DNA of 64,000 nucleotides from Elsinoe ampelina (Eukaryota): NCBI GenBank assembly GCA_010093995.1, contig ML992505.1, positions 671,392 to 735,391 of the forward strand, read 5' to 3'. Shown piece by piece: positions 56,666 to 64,000 of this stretch (position 1 is its first letter; each line of letters starts with the position of its first letter). The notes under the pieces were generated by a model. It saw only the letters and a program-made list of their open reading frames with translations, ran no database searches and was not told where the DNA came from. The position numbers and the translations under genes were made by a program.

Positions 56666-56966
56666 CTATTCCTTCTTTCCGGCGACGGTGGAGAAGCCAT
56701 GGTGGCCAGTCTTCTCAGCAAGCTGACGCTGTAAGCTCTCAATCTCCTTTGCCTGCTTGACGACCAGCTTGTCCAGCGCCATCATTCTTTCCATCACAGG
56801 TGTCTCCTTGGGTGGAGTGAGTGCCTCGAGAATCGCAAGGTCCTCCTTGAGGTCGGCTGTACGCTTCTTGATGTAATTGCGGATCTTTGAGGATCTCGTC
56901 AAACTTGGTGAGTTGCTTGTTGAGACCGATGAGCTGATTCGCATATTCCTGCTCGTTGTCCGACAT
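56666..56966 (-). pseudogene. Small coiled-coil protein gene interrupted by a single frameshift (about 56870-56890)
   Basis: MSDNEQEYANQLIGLNKQLTKFDEILKD in one frame continues as NYIKKRTADLKEDLAILE...QRQLAEK in the +1 frame; both halves are codon-biased and there is no room for an intron. Confidence 0.5.
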
Positions 56967-58204
56967 TGTTGTTTCGCTTGCGGTCTGCGAATATGCAGCT
57001 GGGTAGGCAGGAGAGATTTTATGATGGCTTTGCAGGTGGGATGCAGGGCGAAAGTGAGATATTGTGAATGGATGAAGAAAGCAGCGGAGTGGAGAAGAGA
57101 ACGCACAAGGATGGAACGGGAGCATAACGAAGGCTGGACGACGTGAAAGCACGGACGAATTTGGACAAAAGCGGCAATGTGATTTCAGTCCACGTCCATT
57201 GTGGTTGACAAACACGATCGTAGTCCAGCAAACGGCTCAATTGTTCGCGTCGTGAATTGGTGCTTGTCAGGTCGAACAGGTCATGTCGTACATGCACATC
57301 AACAACGATCACCGCAACAGTGAAGCCAGCTCTGCCATGATCCAAGCCAAGGTATAGATACAAGAGTCTCTCTCTCCCTGTATCGACGAATTCTTCATCG
57401 CCTTCGCAAGAAGGGACAAGCGCAACGAGAAACTAAGATGGTACTCATACTTGCACATTGCATCTTTCCTCGGCGACAGCAACGTACAGAGGGATCACGC
57501 ATCACTTGACATTTGACAAAGTCGTTGAAAACACTTGCAGTGGTAGGCGAGCTTAACTCTCATGCATGCGTGGTTGTTGAGAGTGGCGAATCTGGAGTGC
57601 TCTCCGAAACATGATCTGTCAGAATAGGGTTTCGTGCCGGCGCACCTGATGCCGCATGTGCTTCGAGCCACATGACCCTATACATGGTAGCAGTGGGTGT
57701 GCTGATGTTGTTGACAGTTGCGGAGGACTGCAAGAGGGAGTTTCCACAACGGCAAATCTGTCGAATGCAGGTGGGTGCGACATCAGCTGATGTCAAGACC
57801 CCTGAATCAGCGGACTGTGGAGTCTTATTATTATTAGAAGCGTTGGCTTTCGAGACTTTCCTTTACCTTGTTTGGCATAGTGAAAAGGGTGGTTGACTTT
57901 GTATGAGGTCAAAAATTACCCAGACGGAAAAGGCAAGTCCCCGGATATTCCCGTGCGCGCGTGTGGCGCTTTCCCAAGTTTGCGGGGGTGATGTGACAGA
58001 GTTTTGCGGGCAAGCGGGGATTATTTCAAACCTGTCCTCCTTCATCCACCTCCGGTGGGAGAGTGTCGTATCCAATGATCGGCATGGACACTTCGCAAAG
58101 TCTCCAGAATACACGGAAGAATGGCACTTGTCCTTCAATAGTACTTATACGTGGTAAGTGCCCGGTGAGTATCACTCTCCCATCTTGGATCTGCCTTCAG
58201 CATC

Positions 58205-60248
58205 ATGAAGCTCTCCTCTACCACCCTAGTGGGCCTTATTGGCCAAGTTGCTCTTGCTGCTCTCGATACACAGGCTCTGGCACGCCAGTACTTTGGCAAC
58301 GACGCTCCATGGTTCCAGGCTAGGACCCCTTTCTTCGAGATCTCAGACAAACAGATTCAAGACGTATACTACTATCGATGGGGACTTTATCGAGCTCATC
58401 AACGTGACCTTGGTGCACGCGGCTACATCTCGACCGGTATGTCGCTTGTTATGGTCTCACTAGCGGAACGCTGATTGTGTTGCAGAATTCCTGGATGATG
58501 TCAGCTGGCAACTCGAGCCATGGGCATCTCTCAACGATGCTACCGGCTTTCACCTCGGAGAGGGACGATGGCTAAAGGATCGTCGCTATGCCCAAGACTA
58601 CATCAACAACATGTATACCGGCCTGAATGATCGACATTTCACGGACTACCTCGCTGACAGTACCTACAATCAATACCTTGTGGATGGCGATCAAGCTGCC
58701 CTCACATCCAACTTGAACGCTATGATCAATCTGTTCAATCAGTGGAACGACCACCTCGATACTGGCAAGGGCCTCTACTACATTGAGCCTCTGTTGGATG
58801 CTACAGAATACACCATTTCCAGCATCGATGCCAGTGGTGGACAGGACGGCTTCACGGGTGGAGAGGCATTCCGCCCAACCATCAACAGCTACATGTGGGC
58901 GAACGCCATTGCTGTCGCCAAGATTGCAGACCTTGCTGGTCGTTCCGACGTTGCCAATGACTTCCGAGGGCGGGCCAATAACATCAAGTCTCGCTTCGAT
59001 GCCGATATCTGGAACACCACTCTCCAGCATTACATCGATCGCCACCAGAAGAGCAACTCATACGTTCAGTATTATCAGCCCATTCGGGGTCGTGAGCTTG
59101 CCGGCTACGTCCCTTGGATGTTTGGTATGCCCGACAACAGTGACAAGTTCAATGCTGCATGGAAACAACTCACCAACACGAACGAGTTCAGAGGTTCAAG
59201 CGGTCTGCGCACGGTTGGCCCAACTTACCAGTATTACATGCGCCAGTACAGATACGACGCCCCGACTGGTCTTCGCGAGTGTCAATGGAATGGTCCAGTC
59301 TGGCCATACCAGGTCACCCAGGTCCTTCTAGGTCTCGCCAATGTGCTTAATACATATACCCAGAGTATCGTTAGCAGGGATACCTACCTCGACGAGCTCA
59401 GGAGGTACACCAAGATCCACTACTACAACAACGTTCTCAACATCCAAGAAGACTACGAACCTGACAAGCCCGGCCCACTTGTTGCCCTTCCTCGCTCCCA
59501 CCACTACTTCCACTCCGGATACGTTGACCTCATCATCTCTGGCCTAGTTGGCATTCGGCCTCGCGCTGACAACACCCTCGAGGTGAATCCCCTCATCTCT
59601 GCAAACTCCGACATCACCTATTTCCGCCTCCAGGACGTTGCCTACCACGGACAGACTATCACCGTCCAGTACGACAAAGATGGCACGCGATACAATCAGG
59701 GTGCTGGCCTTCGTGTGGAAGTCAACGGAAAGGTTGCGGCCACTTCAGCCACTTTAAGCCGTGTCACCGCCTCCATCGCCCGCAGCAGCCCGCCAGCAAT
59801 CACCCGCCGTATCGCAAAGTCCACTCAACTGTACCGCACCGACTTCCCCAAGGGCTCTGCTTCAAGCGGCCAGAACACCGAACGCATTCACGACGCCATC
59901 GATGGCCGTGTCTGGTTCTACCCTCAGTTGCCCAATGGATGGGAGAGCGATGCTACTACCGCCGACTCCACTCAATGGTACAACATTGACTTCGGTTCAG
60001 CTACTCAGGTGAGCGGCGCAGAGCTTGCCTTCTTCACCGACGGCAGCACTTTCGACCTTCCTACTTATTACGACATCTTGAGATACGACGGCAGCAACTG
60101 GATCAAGATCTACGGTTTCGGTGAAAACTTGATCGCTAACGGCATTGTCAACGTCAGCTGGGATGTCTTGACTACCAACCAGATCAGAGTGCAGTTTGGA
60201 CAGAAGGCTGGCAAGAAGACGAGGTTGGTGGAATTCAAGGTCTATTAG
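58205..60248 (+). CDS. Secreted six-hairpin (alpha/alpha)6 glycoside hydrolase (GH142/MGH1-like) with C-terminal F5/8 type C (discoidin-like) domain; intron 58437-58485
   Basis: Signal peptide; DVYYYRW..RAHQRDLG..GYIST|EFL..SLNDA.GFHL.EGRW, DATEYTISS, RPTINSY, CQWNGPVWPY, HYFHSGY.DL; C-terminal AIDG..W..WYNIDFG. Confidence 0.8.
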
Positions 60249-60400
60249 TTGGTATCCATTAAGCTCGGCCTTGTTCACGGTCTGCCTGAGCTAGCTTCGT
60301 TGTATTTAGCCTTAGTATCTCTATCGGGATTCAGACCATGTTCCGATGACTGTTCTGAATTCTTCCTTGATTGTGAACCTGCCTCGTTGCCTCCTCCAAA

Positions 60401-60764
60401 TCATTTGAATGGCCCTGTCCCTCGAAATCCCACCACACAACCGTCGAAATCCGCGTCAGTGGACATTTTCCTGCACCAAGAGCAGTACATCAGGCCGCGG
60501 TCGTGCTTGAGAAGAAGAGTGACGAGGTCGGTATCCTCCTCATGTAGACGGATCTCGTTGGCTGTGCTTTCCTGTTCTGATCAGACGTGATATATCAAGT
60601 GCGCTGTGAAAACTCACCTTGAAGCCGGAAGTGAATAGCTTTTGGAAGTAGCCACTTCTTGTATAAAGCATATGCTTGTGGACTTTCTGGCTGCGGTCAC
60701 CGTAATGGATGGTGAAGTCGGAGAAGGTTTCATCCTCTAGAGAGAATTTGAAGCTGTTCGACGT
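60401..60764 (-). pseudogene. Truncated BTB/POZ-domain gene lacking an in-frame ATG (ACG at the expected start)
   Basis: FSDFTIHYG...VHKHML..RSGYFQKLFTSGFK|ESTANEIRLHEEDTDLV.LLLKH, then early stop. Confidence 0.65.
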
Positions 60765-60888
60765 GTTCGGAGAGCTCACAGCGGATGCTTCTCGTGTGGT
60801 CTGATGTGAGATCAAGGATGAAGAGGCGAGGAGACTTGTGTGATGACTTTCATATCACATCCTACCAGAGCCGTCTTTCACACGCCAG

Positions 60889-61935
60889 TCACTTGACCAT
60901 GGACACCATTCCCTTGATCCCTCTAAGCTCATCTTCACTTAGCTCGATATCAAAAAGCTCTCGCAGCGCCCGTACTCTATCATCTTCCGTCTTGAACTCT
61001 CTTGTCTCCACCGTCTCACCGTACATCCTCTTCTTCACGCCCCTATCAAACAGGGCTATCTCGCCTACCACCTCCTGCTCCTTCTCATCGAGGATCTTCC
61101 TCAGACAAACCACAGCAAAAGTGAACCAGCTTGTCCGACTTGTACTCGTGGAATGGTTCATGATCGCAAAGTCTTCCGGGAAGAACTCTTGCTCCGTGAA
61201 CGCATAGAACGGCCTGAAATCCCCACCTTCTACCATCCTTGCAAACACCCACATCTCGTTGCCTGCGCCTCTTCCTCTGGTAGTCTGGGTGACCTTTTCC
61301 CTCGTCAACCTCACAAGCTGTGCACCTTCACTCGCCTCCCTCGCTCCTCCCTTCCCAGGCATATTCGACACAATCGATCCTTCCTCGACAAACATCGGCC
61401 TGCTCGGTCCTCCAGCTCCGAACCCAACATCGCAGAGGAAGGTCCCTTCGCCTCCATTTTCCAGTGGTAAGGTCACGAGATTCACCATGTGACTCCAGCC
61501 CCCGTACTTGAGTTGATCGTAGGGTACTGTTCGGTCATCGCTGCTGACACTTTCATTGATCTTGGCGCCGACAGGATAGACGTCGAAACCAAGCGTGCGT
61601 AGAACAGTGAGCACGAGATTGTTGTTCTCCATGCAGTAGCCTCCGCGGTGACATGTTTCGGGATTCGAGGAGACGATCTTGTTGAATAAGAATGATGGGG
61701 AGATGGACACAGTGTGGTGGGGTGAGTAGTGCAGTGCGAGATTTTCGAAAGGCACAGTGGCTAGCGTGTGTCGTATGATCGCAGCTAGTAGCTCAAGTGA
61801 CTTGGTCGGGGAGGTCAGTGTGAAACCAAGGTCGGGCGAGGCGATGGAGTGGCGGTGTCGGGAGGGAAGGTGGATACGGGTGTAGAAGGCTTGGAGCTGG
61901 CTGTCGGTGAAGACAACCGGTGGGATGATGGGCAT
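60889..61935 (-). CDS. Arylamine N-acetyltransferase, intronless
   Basis: VPFENL, RGGYCMENN (Cys), WSHMVNLV (His) and CDVGFG (Asp) catalytic triad. Confidence 0.92.
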   Translation of the reverse strand: MPIIPPVVFTDSQLQAFYTRIHLPSRHRHSIASPDLGFTLTSPTKSLELLAAIIRHTLATVPFENLALHYSPHHTVSISPSFLFNKIVSSNPETCHRGGYCMENNNLVLTVLRTLGFDVYPVGAKINESVSSDDRTVPYDQLKYGGWSHMVNLVTLPLENGGEGTFLCDVGFGAGGPSRPMFVEEGSIVSNMPGKGGAREASEGAQLVRLTREKVTQTTRGRGAGNEMWVFARMVEGGDFRPFYAFTEQEFFPEDFAIMNHSTSTSRTSWFTFAVVCLRKILDEKEQEVVGEIALFDRGVKKRMYGETVETREFKTEDDRVRALRELFDIELSEDELRGIKGMVSMVK

Positions 61936-62122
61936 CTTGACTCGGCTTGCGATATGTGCTACAACACGCACTTCATGCTCTAAGCACTTTTGATAATATG
62001 GGAGAACCTATAGGTAGCGTGTTGTCGTCTATCAACACGTGAGGACTCAATTGCCACCCCGACGAAAGAGCAAAAGCTTAACCCGGGCATCCATCACGCC
62101 ATCCCGCGAAACAAAACCCCCA

Positions 62123-63859
62123 TCATAAATTCAGACCACCCTCATAAACGATCCTGCTTTCCCCTCCATCGCTATACGGAAATCTGGGTTGAAGCGACCC
62201 AACTTCCATTCCCGCTCTTGTTCCGGCTGCCCTGTACACGGTCCTCGCGACGTTTCGCATTCTCCACTTCCATGTATCATCACACCTGTCTCTCAGATCG
62301 ATGACAAAAGCCAGATCGTCAGAGACATTCATGTCGGCAGTGTCGACGACCAACTTCGATTGGCGACTCCACATGAATGACCACACGTCTCCCTCAGGAC
62401 TGATCTCGATCGAAGGGTCGTCAAAAAGCATGATCCATTGACTGTCGCCTTTCTTCGACACGAAGGTCACAAACAATCGTCTGCGTATCGCATTTTCCGC
62501 CACGATATGGAAGCTCAATGGGCTCATAACAAAAGGACATTCTCCCGGCGAGTTCGCCGCAAAGTACCTTCCCTTTCTGTTCGCCACATCGAGATTCTCG
62601 ACCATGGTCTTATGGATCGTTACGATGTCGGAATTGACCAGATTGAACACTCGATCGTAAAGTTTGACGTCGATGAAGAAGCCGGATATCGTCCTGGGTA
62701 TCGACATGGTGACGAGTTGAACCCAGCAAGACCGACAAAGATTGGTCCAGCTTGAAGTGTCGCGGCCGGCACGAAAGATCACCAGGTATCTCCGCCAGTC
62801 TTTCGGATTTTTGAAGACAGCAAATTCCTGCAAAGCTATAAGGCACGAAATGCAGGCCAGCAAAGTTGTTGCGCTGTCGTCGATGTACAGATTGAGAATC
62901 AATTGGTAGAGTGTTTGGAAGCGCTTGATATCATCGGATGCGTCAGTCCAGATGATGGTATGCTTCCTATGTCCGATCCGCTGGATCCTCTCAATCCCCA
63001 GTCCGACTCTCTCGTGATGAGCCGGCGCAGTACCCTTCATCAGCATCGAGCACATGCCCATGATGACTGTGCCATAAGTGCATCTCTCCGGCATGCTCTT
63101 GAATGGCGATCTGCCTGTAGCCACCATCCGACGCCAGTATCCACTCGCAGCGGCAGTCGACACCTCAGCTTCCTCAAAGGTGCCGTAGTAGGTCGGTGTG
63201 AATTGACGCTTATCGCCAGCGCTGCTGAGATACTGCACAACGTCGGAGCCGAGGTAAGGATGCTTGTGTAGCAAGACTCCGAAACTATCCTCGAGAATGA
63301 GACAAATCCAGTATGGAGCCAGCAGATCGAATAAAACCCTACGCAATATCCTAGCAGCCTCATCCGGGAGCTGATATGCCACGTCGATGGCTTCGAAGAT
63401 ACCTGCGTCTGACATTGAGGTCCCAGGTCTAGCCCATGCGGTCCAATCGCTAGTCACTGGCCAACTCACGCTCGACCACTCGAGCGCACGAATAGCAGCT
63501 TCTTTCGCTCCTTCAACGTCGTATTTATCGGCAGCTTGGAACAATTTCACAATCTTGAGCACTGTCGGAAGTGCCTCCAGGATATCGACCATGCGAAATC
63601 TCTCGCCATAGAGCATACGGAGCATGACGTCGAGCGAATCAGGATCGTCATCTCCATCGCCACCGATTCCTGTCATGGTCAGACTGTGTTACCATCGACC
63701 AAGGGTCCTTGGTACCTTGAATCCAGAAGTGAAAAGCCTCTTGAAGTATCCAGACCTTCTGTGCAGCAATATACGATGAGCTCGACGCTTCCTTCCTGAG
63801 AAATGCAGCGTGAAGTCTGCAAACAGCTCATCATCGAGCCGGAAGAGAGCGACAGGCAT
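62123..63859 (-). pseudogene. BTB/POZ-domain protein gene with apparent frameshift just after intron 1 (63715-63670); long downstream frame intact
   Basis: MPVALFRLDDELFADFTLH..AHRILL..RSGYFKRLFTSGFK|ESVAMEM, then the frame changes to DDPDSLDVMLRMLY..LFQAADKYDV. Confidence 0.6.
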
Positions 63860-64000
63860 GCTTGTGAATGGTGTGAGAAGCAGAAGTCCAACGGGTCGGC
63901 AAGCGAAGTGGAATGGTTTGGTGGGAGTGATTACGCCTTTCACGAATACTCGGTCACGTGATGTTCACATGTTTCAATATGCACGGTTTTCGGGCGCACA

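Overview
Gene-dense 64-kb window of a filamentous ascomycete genome (Pezizomycotina; Dothideomycetes is my inference from gene content and intron style). Spliceosomal introns are mostly 44-55 nt with a CTRAY branch point close to the AG. I can support about 33 protein-coding loci. Most are housekeeping genes: CPR6, DTD1, NOT3/5, OSH3, SPF27, GET3, NHA1-like, btgC, CTI6-like, mccB, ivdA, SND2, CDC27, CBC2, NUP82, CMC2, GIM4 and HAP3/hapC. Accessory-type genes are a GH45-C endoglucanase, a DUF952 protein, a PLD, a PTH11-like receptor, a MavL-like/DUF4804 macrodomain, a secreted six-hairpin glycosidase, an arylamine N-acetyltransferase and two disrupted BTB genes. I found no tRNA, rRNA, CRISPR array or intact transposon. 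Best observations: (1) a cryptic 52-nt intron overlapping the stop codon of a D-2-hydroxyacid dehydrogenase whose splicing would append a peroxisomal -SRL signal; (2) a 736-nt HAP3 intron whose 3' part encodes an in-frame alternative N-terminus; (3) a fungal MavL-like putative arginine ADP-ribosylhydrolase; (4) a candidate leucine/2-ketoacid regulon (mccB, ivdA, Aro80-like TF, dehydrogenase) with a symmetric 12-bp inverted repeat in the mccB/ivdA promoter; (5) an inverted, decayed copy of a gene 3' end about 9.3 kb away; (6) repeated local C-rich-to-G-rich skew flips. All family calls come from recognising motifs by eye; no searches were run.
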